A stretch of 64,000 bases of DNA, taken from Planctomycetota bacterium (GTDB taxonomy: Bacteria; Planctomycetota; UBA11346). The position numbers and the translations under genes are program-made. Shown in pieces: positions 12,001 to 19,234 of the stretch (the stretch's first letter is position 1; each line of letters opens with the position of its first letter). The stretch spans positions 757 to 64,756 of the forward strand of contig JBIILZ010000003.1 of the NCBI GenBank assembly GCA_044338255.1, written 5' to 3'. The notes beneath the pieces are model-generated. The model had not been told where the DNA came from, did no database searches, and was given only the letters and a program-made list of their open reading frames with translations.

Positions 12001-13352
12001 AGCAGGTGACGGCGGCGACCGTGCGCATCGCCGACCTCGATCGCCAGCTTGGCCGGGCGCCGATCGCGCAGAAGAGCCCGTTGTTCCGCGCTATCGCCGA
12101 GCAGAAGGCAGCGCGTACGGCGATGGCCGAACATTGGGCGCTCGCCGAAGGCAAGGCCAACAGTGCCGTGGCGGCGTTGGCGGAATTCCCTGGCGAGGCC
12201 AAGGCCAACGAGGTCCGCAAGCTCCTCTGTCAGCTCTACCTCGCCCGCCTCAAGGAGGCGCGCAAAACGCGCAGCCTGTCCGAGATCAACGCCTTCAGTA
12301 ATCTCATCCGCCGCTTTGATCCTGATGGTTCGTTCAAGCGCGAGCTCGATAACCAGGGCCAGTTGACGGTGACGGGAACTCCGTCTGCGGCAGTGGTCGC
12401 GCGGGTGCTGGAAGAGGGCCCGGATACGCGCCTCGTGCCGCTCGGTGATCCCGTGCCGGTGACGGTGGGGACGGCCGTTACCTTGCCGGTGGGCAGCTAT
12501 CTTGTGACTTCCGGCGCGCAGAGCATGACGGTGCTGATCAGTGGTGGGCAGAACCGCACCTTGGCCTGGCCAGGGGCCTTGCCGGCGATCCCCGGCGTAC
12601 CCTTGTCCTATGTCCCCGCACAGGGCGAACAGAAGCCCTTTCTGCTCGGGACCACCGAAGTCACCGTTGCCCAATATCTCGAATTCCTGCGTAGTCCGGA
12701 GATTTTCGCGACCCTCGTCGAGCGCTACCACAAGTCGTATGAGAGCGGCAAGCCCTTGCCGTTTCCGCATATGCCCGCGGCGATGGTCGGCGATGAGGCC
12801 TTCGTTCCGCTGTTCTTCGAGCTCGGACACGCGCCTGCGGATGAAAGCCGGTTGGGTGCGATCCGCCTCATCCCTGGCATCGATGCCAAGCTGCCCATGG
12901 GCAAGGTGACGCGCCCGGATGCGGAAGCCTATTGCGCCTGGCTGTCGCAGAGCACGAAATTGAAAGTGCGGCTGCCCAAGCTCAAAGAATGGCAATTCGC
13001 CGCCCATGGCGGGGATGATCGCCGGGTCTATCCCTGGGGTCCCTATTTCGTTGGCCAGTTTGCCGCCACCGCCTTGTCGATAGAGCAAGATCAGCAGGCC
13101 GTGAAGGTCGGCTCATTCCCCACCGATTGCGGGCCATTCGGACATCTCGATCTGGCCGGCAATGTTCGTGAATGGCTGGGCGATAACGACCAGGACGGCC
13201 CGTTGGCTGCCGGAGCAAACGGCGCACTCATCGCCGGCGGCTCGTACTCCAGCGACAATCCTCTGACTTTTACAACTTCATTCAGTGAAAGCGTGGAGCC
13301 CGATTCGGCCTATCTGCCGATCGGCTTCCGCATTCTCGTCGAGCTCCCATGA
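9081..13352 (+). CDS. membrane Ser/Thr protein kinase with long helical ectodomain and C-terminal FGE-sulfatase (DUF323) domain
   Basis: 1423 aa. Kinase motifs are AAGGMGAV, AAMKVM, HRDIKPDNIML, DWGIAK (DFG variant) and GTLFYMPPEQ. One TM lies at about aa 585-610 (LIGAWVAAHK...LALIVATITGTTSYL). About 550 aa of Ala/Glu/Arg/Gln-rich helical region follows. The C-terminal FGE-type domain reads LLGTTEVTVAQYLEFL...RPDAEAYCAWLS...LPKLKEWQFAA...YPWG...DLAGNVREW...GGSYSS...PIGFRI. Confidence 0.9.
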   Translation: MHEPSRPLTDGVHPLDPPRSSPRTGFDAEDLAATAPAMGWDQAQTVPASAPLPGSGPSADETLVVQLNRQLESETVPTEPASNRIDQDATLVDPQMAAAAVAARREHAAANLAETVPTAIGTSAEAQTLISTPTPVPAPAPGSGSRAATRPGTGSFSQTASGALSGSYTRTGTRLGRTRINNHLQLTDQQLDERLQLSRSSVLTDMTVARGPQAVPKGLQKLVTDQGTDARYHINRPLAAGGMGAVLDIQDNDFRRGAAMKVMHGRFTNDPQALERFLAEAQVTAQLEHPNIVPIHDMGVMPDGSLYFTMKLIEGLSLGDVVKLQRIHTGLLTRDEYLAEKAKKEATKSPDLRKSSEQLAADYAADVIKGAEIAARFTQEATLLMFLKVLDGVGFAHSRGVVHRDIKPDNIMLGAHGEVLVVDWGIAKVLKKADRESEFVRKIEREVVSLRDEQAISATVTGSAMGTLFYMPPEQACGDLERLNGRSDIYALGATLYELLALRRCFEAKSLAEALAIITTGDWVPLDRALPTLSKDLVAIVHRAMALDPGRRYGDCGQFADDIRRYLAGQAVLARQRNVIELIGAWVAAHKRQVQVGAGGLALIVATITGTTSYLHHAMVQAGNAKLGEAQVRYVAAQKSDALEDYQEAKQILATASGFITNDGRISELREAINLSIKDAQRRQDEERKRQAAQISAKLSYDEALKLCAEERYEDAESNINAALRIDPLNADFLKTRDEVRRLLNDRRLRQRAQRARELRAQADAALLTAGQLTLDDAQVVVLLDTAKTAFDQLEALSEAGTQDQIQRYTALRVGAEQARNHKRLAAEAVPLKKAVREALTAAQYEAARAALEQARGKTPEDKDLVLLNDELVSAETRYHDQQAVLKARKDADQALEMAGGFEKSGKLDEALARIDVALTFVPNDGKALALREQVLVKKRQAELQARRTAAIASAEAAMTEAAQEQKLSSEAGQQVTAATVRIADLDRQLGRAPIAQKSPLFRAIAEQKAARTAMAEHWALAEGKANSAVAALAEFPGEAKANEVRKLLCQLYLARLKEARKTRSLSEINAFSNLIRRFDPDGSFKRELDNQGQLTVTGTPSAAVVARVLEEGPDTRLVPLGDPVPVTVGTAVTLPVGSYLVTSGAQSMTVLISGGQNRTLAWPGALPAIPGVPLSYVPAQGEQKPFLLGTTEVTVAQYLEFLRSPEIFATLVERYHKSYESGKPLPFPHMPAAMVGDEAFVPLFFELGHAPADESRLGAIRLIPGIDAKLPMGKVTRPDAEAYCAWLSQSTKLKVRLPKLKEWQFAAHGGDDRRVYPWGPYFVGQFAATALSIEQDQQAVKVGSFPTDCGPFGHLDLAGNVREWLGDNDQDGPLAAGANGALIAGGSYSSDNPLTFTTSFSESVEPDSAYLPIGFRILVELP

Positions 13353-14539
13353 ACATCGCCATGTACCGAACCACCTCGCTGCTTTCGCTCACCCTCGCGC
13401 TGACCGCCGTCTGGGCCGAGGACGCGGCCGTGCCGCCAACTCCGCCGGCTCCCGTCCCGCCAACGACCGCTCCTGTACCCGTGCTCTCGACCGAGGTGGC
13501 GGCTCCGGCCCCGGCAGCGACCACAGCCGAGCCGGCGCCTGTCACAGCCGAGCCGGCGCCTGTCACAGCCGAGCCGGCGCCTGTCAAAGCCGAGCCGGCG
13601 CCTGTCACAGCCGAGCCGGCGCCAGCGAAAGCCGAAGACATGGTCTTCGCGCCGATTCCCCGCCGCGTACGTCCGGCGCAGGCACCGGTGACCAAGCCCT
13701 TCACCTTCGGGGTCCAGCTGAGCAGCGGATACGATTCCAACATCCTCTTGGAAAACTCCGACACGCCGACCGCGACCAATGCCAAGGGCTTGGCCGTCAC
13801 CGGTGAGGTTCGCGGCAATGTGCGCATCGTCGACAATGCCCGCGGCCGCCTGGGAGCGTTCGCCAGCCTTGAGGCCGACGGCTACCCCGGCAATTCGCAA
13901 GCCAACCTCATGCGTTACGGCGGCGGTCTCACCGCCAGTACCAGCGTCGGCGGCTTCGATCCTGGTCTGGTGGTGGGCTACAACCGCTTCTTCATCGATA
14001 GCGATCTGGCGGCGACGGCGCTGAACGTCAACGCCTACGTCGCCAAGGTCTTCGAGAGCAATGTCGCGGTGGTCGGCGCCGGCAGTCAGTACGTCGACTA
14101 CGCCGAAAACGAGCCGATCACCGGGACCTTGTACGACGTCTCCTACCGCCATTGGTTGCTCTTCGAGCCCAAGCGCATCTGGCGGCGCATCGAGGTGGCG
14201 ATCAAAGCCGGCAAGAACCGCACCCGTGATGATGACCACGCCTACACGGTAGTGACCCCGGCGGTGGCCGGGCTGTATCGTTTCGGCACGGTGCCGGAAG
14301 CCGGCACGCAGGATCTCTCGGCGCGGGTGCAATACGAGATGCGTCAGTATCCCGATCCCAGTGCGGGCGGTTCGGGCGAAGATCAGAAGCTCTTCAGCGT
14401 CACCGCCGGCTATGACTACTGGCTGGCGACGTGGGTCTCGGCGGGTCTCTACGCGGGTTATTCCAAGCGATCCTCGACCGAAGAGATCAATCGCTATGAT
14501 CGCAAACAAGGTGGCGTGCGGCTCGCGGCGACATGGTAA
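13349..14539 (+). CDS. predicted outer-membrane beta-barrel protein with Pro-rich repeat linker
   Basis: Signal peptide MYRTTSLLSLTLALTAVWAED. It has an AEPAPVT repeat region, then alternating beta-strand-like sequence, and ends in ...GGVRLAATW (aromatic terminus typical of OMPs). The ATG overlaps the kinase stop as ATGA at 13349-13352. Confidence 0.6.
   Translation: MNIAMYRTTSLLSLTLALTAVWAEDAAVPPTPPAPVPPTTAPVPVLSTEVAAPAPAATTAEPAPVTAEPAPVTAEPAPVKAEPAPVTAEPAPAKAEDMVFAPIPRRVRPAQAPVTKPFTFGVQLSSGYDSNILLENSDTPTATNAKGLAVTGEVRGNVRIVDNARGRLGAFASLEADGYPGNSQANLMRYGGGLTASTSVGGFDPGLVVGYNRFFIDSDLAATALNVNAYVAKVFESNVAVVGAGSQYVDYAENEPITGTLYDVSYRHWLLFEPKRIWRRIEVAIKAGKNRTRDDDHAYTVVTPAVAGLYRFGTVPEAGTQDLSARVQYEMRQYPDPSAGGSGEDQKLFSVTAGYDYWLATWVSAGLYAGYSKRSSTEEINRYDRKQGGVRLAATW
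13526..13630 (+). repeat. 5 x 21-bp in-frame tandem repeat (AEPAPVT)
   Basis: GCCGAGCCGGCGCCTGTCACA is repeated head to tail with 1-3 substitutions in copies 3 and 5. Confidence 0.95.
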
Positions 14540-14577
14540 CGGTCGGCTTGGCCACGCTCTCACCAAAAGGGAATCTT

Positions 14578-15420
14578 ATGCTCAGCATCCGCTCGTGTCT
14601 GACGATGGCCATCCTGGTCGTCGCTTCGCATTCTTCCTTCGCGGCTGATCAGCTGGCGGTGTGGCAATATGGTGCCGGCACCATCGCCGCCCAGCCTGCC
14701 AGCATCGGTGCCGGCATCGCTGCCGAGGCCCCGATCATCAGCGATGCCGGGATGGTGCGCGTGACTTTGGCAGAAGCCCCGCAGTGCCATTTAACGCTGT
14801 CCCCGCATAGTCGCATGTACCTCACCGCTGCCGACGGCCATTTGTTCGTCTACCTCGAGGAGGGCGTGCTCCAGGCCAATATCGGCAACAAGGGCCCGTA
14901 CAGCGATGTGCATGTGCTCGGAGCGGCGATCGATGTGCGTGTGACCGGCACCTTGTTCGTGGTCGAGCGCGTCAAGGGCGATACCGATTACGTGGCCCTC
15001 GTCGAAGGACGCGTCCGCGTCAATCCGCGCAAGGATGTGGCCCTGGCTCTCAGCGAGCAGACCCGCGCCGTCGATCTTACCGCCCGCCAGGGTCTGGGCG
15101 GAACGGTCGCAGGGGGGCTGATGGCGGTCGACACCCTCACCGGCCGTCCGCAGCTCTCCACCGCCGCCAGCGGTGGTGTTCGGCAAAGCGCTACGAGCGG
15201 TAACGGGGCATGGGATGAAGATGTCGCCATGGCCCTCACCAATGGCTTCCTGCTCAATGATTTTTCGGACAACGTCGCCGATCAGGTGCGTAGTGATATC
15301 TCCGATCAGGTCAGCCAGGAAGTGGTCACGGAGGTGACCCGGCAAGTCACCGATACCATCGTGCAGCAGATCATCGGTGATGGCGCCCAGCCGTTGGCCG
15401 GCCCACCGAGTCCCCCGTAA
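14578..15420 (+). CDS. secreted FecR-domain protein
   Basis: Signal peptide MLSIRSCLTMAILVVASHSSFAAD is preceded by the AAGGGA RBS. The FecR-like beta core reads HLTLSPHSRMYL...LEEGVLQANI...VRVTGTLFVVER...VALVEGRVRV. The C-terminal tail is acidic and repetitive. The track ORF starts at 14533, and I prefer 14578. Confidence 0.7.
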   Translation: MLSIRSCLTMAILVVASHSSFAADQLAVWQYGAGTIAAQPASIGAGIAAEAPIISDAGMVRVTLAEAPQCHLTLSPHSRMYLTAADGHLFVYLEEGVLQANIGNKGPYSDVHVLGAAIDVRVTGTLFVVERVKGDTDYVALVEGRVRVNPRKDVALALSEQTRAVDLTARQGLGGTVAGGLMAVDTLTGRPQLSTAASGGVRQSATSGNGAWDEDVAMALTNGFLLNDFSDNVADQVRSDISDQVSQEVVTEVTRQVTDTIVQQIIGDGAQPLAGPPSPP

Positions 15421-15433
15421 GGCGGATGTTTCC

Positions 15434-16486
15434 ATGGCTGCCGCCATCGCTTTTGAATTCCTCTCGCCGGTCTGGCTTGCCCTGGCTGGTTTTTCGGCCC
15501 TCGCTTTCAGCTGGCTGGTCCCCGGCGTCATCCATGCGCGTTGGTGGTGGCCATGGCTGGCGGCGGCGGTGGGCGCCGGGGTCGCCTCGCTGGCGGCACT
15601 GGTCGGGCTGGTGCCCTGGTTCGGGCGGCTGCATCTGGCCGTCTATGCGCTCTTCCTGGTGGCCGGCTTCGTGCTGGCCTTCGTTCTGGCCCGGCGTCCG
15701 ACACGGCTCAACGGCGTCAGTCAGCAGACCCTCATCGATACGTTTCTCATCGCCATGGTCCTGGGCGTCGTCGGCGCCCGCATCCGCTATGTCTATGAGC
15801 GTTGGGATGTGTTCATGGCTAATGCCCATGGGGATTTCCATCAGGCGCTGGTCACGGCCGCCGACCTCGATGCCGGAGGCGCGGTGTGGTACGGAGGCCT
15901 GTTTCTGGCGACCGTGGGCGTGTGGCTCTATGTACGCTATCGCCGGATATCGACCTTGGCCTTTGCCGATGCGATCCTCCCCGGCCTGGTTGCCGGGCTG
16001 GCGGTGGGGCGCATCGGGTGCTTCTTCAATGGCTGCTGCTTTGGCTCCCCGACGGACCTGCCATGGGGCGTTTCCTGTGCCCACTATCCCCATCAACTGG
16101 TGCATCCGACGCAGCTCTACGAGACCCTTGCCTGTGCCATGCTGGCCGCCGGCCTGCTGTGGTTCTGGTATCGGCGTCGGCGCGATGGGCAGGTGACCTT
16201 CATCGCCGTGGTCGGCTATGGGGCATGGCGCTTCGTGAACGAGGCCCTGCGCGGCGGTCACGATGCCTTCGCCTTCGGCAGCACGATCACCACCAGCCAG
16301 GCAACCAGTCTGGAACTGATCCTGGCCGCATTCATTTTTGCCGGTGTGATCGGCTGGTACCGTCGTCGTCACCCGTCGGTGGCACAGCGGGCGGGCCTCG
16401 TTCCGGGCAGTCGTCACGCCATGCCGGCAGCGGCTCCGGTCGCTGGACAGGCAGTTGATCAGCGCGCCTCGTCAGCGGACTCTTAA
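15434..16486 (+). CDS. lgt: prolipoprotein diacylglyceryl transferase
   Basis: Multi-TM protein with [13 protein letters not shown] and HPTQLYE, the signature Lgt motifs. ATG at 15434 is chosen because the longer ORF overlaps the FecR-domain gene. Confidence 0.9.
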   Translation: MAAAIAFEFLSPVWLALAGFSALAFSWLVPGVIHARWWWPWLAAAVGAGVASLAALVGLVPWFGRLHLAVYALFLVAGFVLAFVLARRPTRLNGVSQQTLIDTFLIAMVLGVVGARIRYVYERWDVFMANAHGDFHQALVTAADLDAGGAVWYGGLFLATVGVWLYVRYRRISTLAFADAILPGLVAGLAVGRIGCFFNGCCFGSPTDLPWGVSCAHYPHQLVHPTQLYETLACAMLAAGLLWFWYRRRRDGQVTFIAVVGYGAWRFVNEALRGGHDAFAFGSTITTSQATSLELILAAFIFAGVIGWYRRRHPSVAQRAGLVPGSRHAMPAAAPVAGQAVDQRASSADS

Positions 16487-16593
16487 CCGGCTTGACAGAT
16501 GGGCTCAGGCCCTATCCTCCCTGCCCCGTCGTTCTGGATGCCCGTTGGTCGTGGTGTCTTGTCGATGTGGCAACTTTACCTTTCGAGGTCGTC

Positions 16594-16974
16594 ATGAATT
16601 CGCTGCTCGCACACGTCGCCAAGTCATCACTGCGCAAGGAGCCGCTCGGCGCCTTTGAGGTTGGCGATACCGTCAACGTCCACACGCGCATCAAAGAAGG
16701 CGATAAGGAGCGCGTGCAGGTCTTCAGCGGCACGGTGATCTCCAAGTGCCGCGGCCAGGGCGTCGTCAACGGCACCTTCGCCGTCCGTCGCGTGGTCTCC
16801 GGTGAAGGCGTCGAACGTATCTTCCCGAACCACTGCCCGAAGGTCGTGAGCGTGGAAGTCATCCGTCGTGGTTCGGTTCGCCGCGCCAAGCTCTTCTACT
16901 TGCGTGACCGCGTTGGCAAGGCCACCAAGGTCAAAGAGAAGCTGGTCGTCGAAGCGACCCCAGGCGCCAAGTAA
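16594..16974 (+). CDS. rplS: 50S ribosomal protein L19
   Basis: [31 protein letters not shown]...RRAKLFYLR is an unmistakable L19 core. ATG at 16594 follows a GAGG RBS. Confidence 0.95.
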   Translation: MNSLLAHVAKSSLRKEPLGAFEVGDTVNVHTRIKEGDKERVQVFSGTVISKCRGQGVVNGTFAVRRVVSGEGVERIFPNHCPKVVSVEVIRRGSVRRAKLFYLRDRVGKATKVKEKLVVEATPGAK

Positions 16975-16993
16975 TCCCCAGGCGCCAAGTAAT
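16958..16993 (+). repeat. perfect 18-bp tandem duplication containing the rplS stop codon
   Basis: CCCCAGGCGCCAAGTAAT occurs twice head to tail. This reads ...PGAK-TAA then SPGAK-TAA in the same frame. Confidence 0.95.
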
Positions 16994-17017
16994 CCACCGC
17001 GCTCAGCGGTGTCGATG

Positions 17018-17050
17018 CAGAAGCCCACCCGTGTCACGGGTGGGCTTCTG
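17018..17050 (+). terminator. rplS terminator hairpin
   Basis: CAGAAGCCCACCCG-TGTCA-CGGGTGGGCTTCTG forms a 14-bp perfect stem. The downstream T-run is weak (TCGTTGG). Confidence 0.65.
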
Positions 17051-17068
17051 TCGTTGGTCTAGCGACCA

Positions 17069-17455
17069 ATGCCTGCATACTTGTTCTCCATGGACGTCAT
17101 CCGCATTCGTCGTGCTGGTCAGCAGGCCGAGACACGCGCGGTCTGGCATCTCCGTCTGCGCGGTTGGCGCATCGCGGCCCGCAATTGGATCGGTGGAGGA
17201 GGCGAATTGGACATTGTCGCCACTCGCTGGCGGACGCTGCTGATCGTCGAAGTGCGCCAGCGGGCCAGCGGTGCTGAAGCACTGGCCTCGATCGACCGCG
17301 CCAAGCTCAACCGCACCCTGCGCGCGGCCCAGGCCCTAGTACGGGCCCACGATCTGCACGCCTATCGCTTGCGCTTCGACCTCATCGGCGTCGACGCCCA
17401 GGGACGACTGCACCGTCGCCGTGACATTCTGCGCGAGGGCATGCTCGGCAGGTGA
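17069..17455 (+). CDS. yraN: YraN-family (UPF0102) endonuclease-like protein
   Basis: 128 aa. The AETRAVWHLRLRGWRIAARNW...GGELDIVA...LLIVEVRQR pattern is characteristic of YraN. Confidence 0.8.
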   Translation: MPAYLFSMDVIRIRRAGQQAETRAVWHLRLRGWRIAARNWIGGGGELDIVATRWRTLLIVEVRQRASGAEALASIDRAKLNRTLRAAQALVRAHDLHAYRLRFDLIGVDAQGRLHRRRDILREGMLGR

Positions 17456-17461
17456 TCGCAC

Positions 17462-17497
17462 CAGTCTCAGGCTTCAGTCTCAGGCTTCAGTCTCAGG
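17462..17497. repeat. 2.8 x 13-bp tandem repeat between convergent yraN and ssb
   Basis: CAGTCTCAGGCTT / CAGTCTCAGGCTT / CAGTCTCAGG fills the gap between the two stop codons. Confidence 0.9.
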
Positions 17498-17498
17498 A

Positions 17499-18095
17499 TC
17501 AGAAAGGGGGCTGATCCAGGTCTCGGCTGTTGGCGGGAGCAGCGCGCACCGCCCCAGCTCGCGTCGGAGCAGGGTATCCACCGCCATGTTCAGAGCGCGC
17601 ACCGGAGCGCGGCCCCGACTGATTTTCGGCTCGTGAGATGGTCGGATGCTTCGCCGCCAGCGGCTCGCCGACTGTATCGTGGACAGTATCGTGGACAGTA
17701 TCGTGGACAGTGTCGTGGGCAGTGTCGTGGGTCTCGCGGTGATCACTGCCGGCGTGGTCATCGCGGGCGAGGCGTGGCAGTAGATGCACGCGATCGACGG
17801 AGAGCTTGAGCTTGCTGCGTTTCTGCCCTTCCTTGTCCGTCCAATTATCCTGTTTGAGGCGGCCTTCGACGATGATCGCACTGCCCTTGGTGAGGTACTG
17901 GGCGGCGATCTCACCCTGGCGTCCCCAGGCTTCGCAATCGATGAACGAGACCTCTTCTCGTTGTTCTCCGTCGGCGGTCTTAAAACGCGTATTGTGGGCG
18001 ATGGTGAAGGCGGTGACGGCACGGTCGGCACCAACCGTACGCATTTCCGGGTCACGGGTGAGGTTGCCGGAGATGATAAAGTGATTGAGATTCAT
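17499..18095 (-). CDS. ssb: single-stranded DNA-binding protein
   Basis: OB-fold N-terminus MNLNHFIISGNLTRDPEMR...IIVEGRLKQDNWTDKEGQKRSKLKL. A disordered linker and an acidic tip DLDQPPF follow. ATG at 18095 is chosen over the longer ORF. Confidence 0.93.
   Translation of the reverse strand: MNLNHFIISGNLTRDPEMRTVGADRAVTAFTIAHNTRFKTADGEQREEVSFIDCEAWGRQGEIAAQYLTKGSAIIVEGRLKQDNWTDKEGQKRSKLKLSVDRVHLLPRLARDDHAGSDHRETHDTAHDTVHDTVHDTVHDTVGEPLAAKHPTISRAENQSGPRSGARSEHGGGYPAPTRAGAVRAAPANSRDLDQPPF
17674..17733 (-). repeat. 5 x 12-bp in-frame repeat in the ssb linker (HDTV)n
   Basis: Plus strand has GTATCGTGGACA x3, then GTGTCGTGGGCA and GTGTCGTGGGTC. This encodes THDTAHDTVHDTVHDTVHDTV. Confidence 0.95.
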
Positions 18096-18220
18096 GGCTG
18101 ACTCCGCGATGGGTTCATAAAGACCATATCTTATATGGACCCATAAGTCAATCACTCCCCTGTAGCGCTGTCAGTCGAAGCGATTGACGCGCCCAGCAGA
18201 TGTGGTCACGGTGTCGAACT

Positions 18221-19231
18221 ATGCGTGTGACCGCTCGCGATATTGCCAAAGAGAGCGGCGTCTCCCAACCGACCGTGAGCCAGATCCTCAACGGCAAAGG
18301 CCACCTCTATCGCGAAGAGACCCGGCGGCGGGTATCGGAAGCCGCTGAACGCCTCGGCTATCGCCCCAATACCTATGCCCGGGCGATGCGCTCGGGGCGG
18401 ATGGGGGCGATCGCCCTGCTGATGTCGTGTCGGGCCGAGCGGGCGGTGCGCCAGGCAGGACTGCAACAGGGCATCCATGACGAACTCCTGCGGCATGACC
18501 TGCTGCTGACCTCGGCCAATGTCCCCGACGAGGCCTTTGCCGATGCCGCCAACGATCGCACGGCCCTGCCGCGCCTGTTGCGCGAATGCAACGCCGACGG
18601 CTTGCTGGTGGCGTATGCCCACGATCTGCCACCGGGCATGCAGGCAGCCATCGATCGCGATCCGATGCCGGCAGTGTGGCTGAACCGCTTGCAGCAGGAA
18701 AATTCCGTCCATCCCGATGACCGTGCGGGAGCCCATGCGGCCACCGCCCACCTGCTCGGCCTGGGTCACACCCGGATCGCCTTCCTGCAGGCGCTGAGCA
18801 GCGCGCACTACAGCACCGGCGAGCGCCTGGCTGGTTATCAGGATGCCATGGCCTCCGCCGGCAAGGCACCGACGATCGTCCGCGTCGAAGGCCCCGAGCT
18901 CGACTGGTGCGCGCAGGTGCAGACCTGGCTGTCGCATTCCCAACGTCCGACGGCGGTGATCGCCGCCGCGCCGCAGGAGGCGCAGACCCTGATCATGGCC
19001 TGCGCCCATGCCGGCATCCGCATTCCCGAGCAGTTATCCATCGTCGCCATCAGCGAATCGGAGCTCACCCATCTCGGTGTCGATCTGACGCGGATCGTGG
19101 TCCCATTTCATGACCTTGGCGTGCATGCCGTGCGCATGCTCCTGACGCGCATCGGCAATCCCCGCGAATCCCTGTCGGCCTTGGCCCTGCCCATGCCCTT
19201 GCTGGAGCGCGCGAGCACGGCGCGGGTCTGA
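18221..19231 (+). CDS. LacI-family transcriptional regulator
   Basis: N-terminal HTH MRVTARDIAKESGVSQPTVSQILNG is followed by a periplasmic-binding-fold effector domain. Confidence 0.9.
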   Translation: MRVTARDIAKESGVSQPTVSQILNGKGHLYREETRRRVSEAAERLGYRPNTYARAMRSGRMGAIALLMSCRAERAVRQAGLQQGIHDELLRHDLLLTSANVPDEAFADAANDRTALPRLLRECNADGLLVAYAHDLPPGMQAAIDRDPMPAVWLNRLQQENSVHPDDRAGAHAATAHLLGLGHTRIAFLQALSSAHYSTGERLAGYQDAMASAGKAPTIVRVEGPELDWCAQVQTWLSHSQRPTAVIAAAPQEAQTLIMACAHAGIRIPEQLSIVAISESELTHLGVDLTRIVVPFHDLGVHAVRMLLTRIGNPRESLSALALPMPLLERASTARV

Positions 19232-19234
19232 ACG

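Noticed and set aside
12637-13352. Diversity-generating retroelement target. The kinase ends in an FGE/C-type-lectin-fold domain with a locally AT-richer segment (GACTTTTACAACTTCATTCAGTGAAAGC), the fold commonly diversified by DGRs.
   Set aside because: No reverse transcriptase, no Avd-like gene and no second (template) copy of the 3' region could be found anywhere in the 64 kb. A TR elsewhere in the genome cannot be excluded, but nothing here supports it.
13526-13630. Tandem repeat arrays (also 8517-8580, 17674-17733, 42610-42672, 55156-55204 and 55397-55456) considered as possible CRISPR arrays.
   Set aside because: The units are 9-22 nt and directly abutting, with no unique spacers. Most are in-frame inside genes. 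No cas genes are present.
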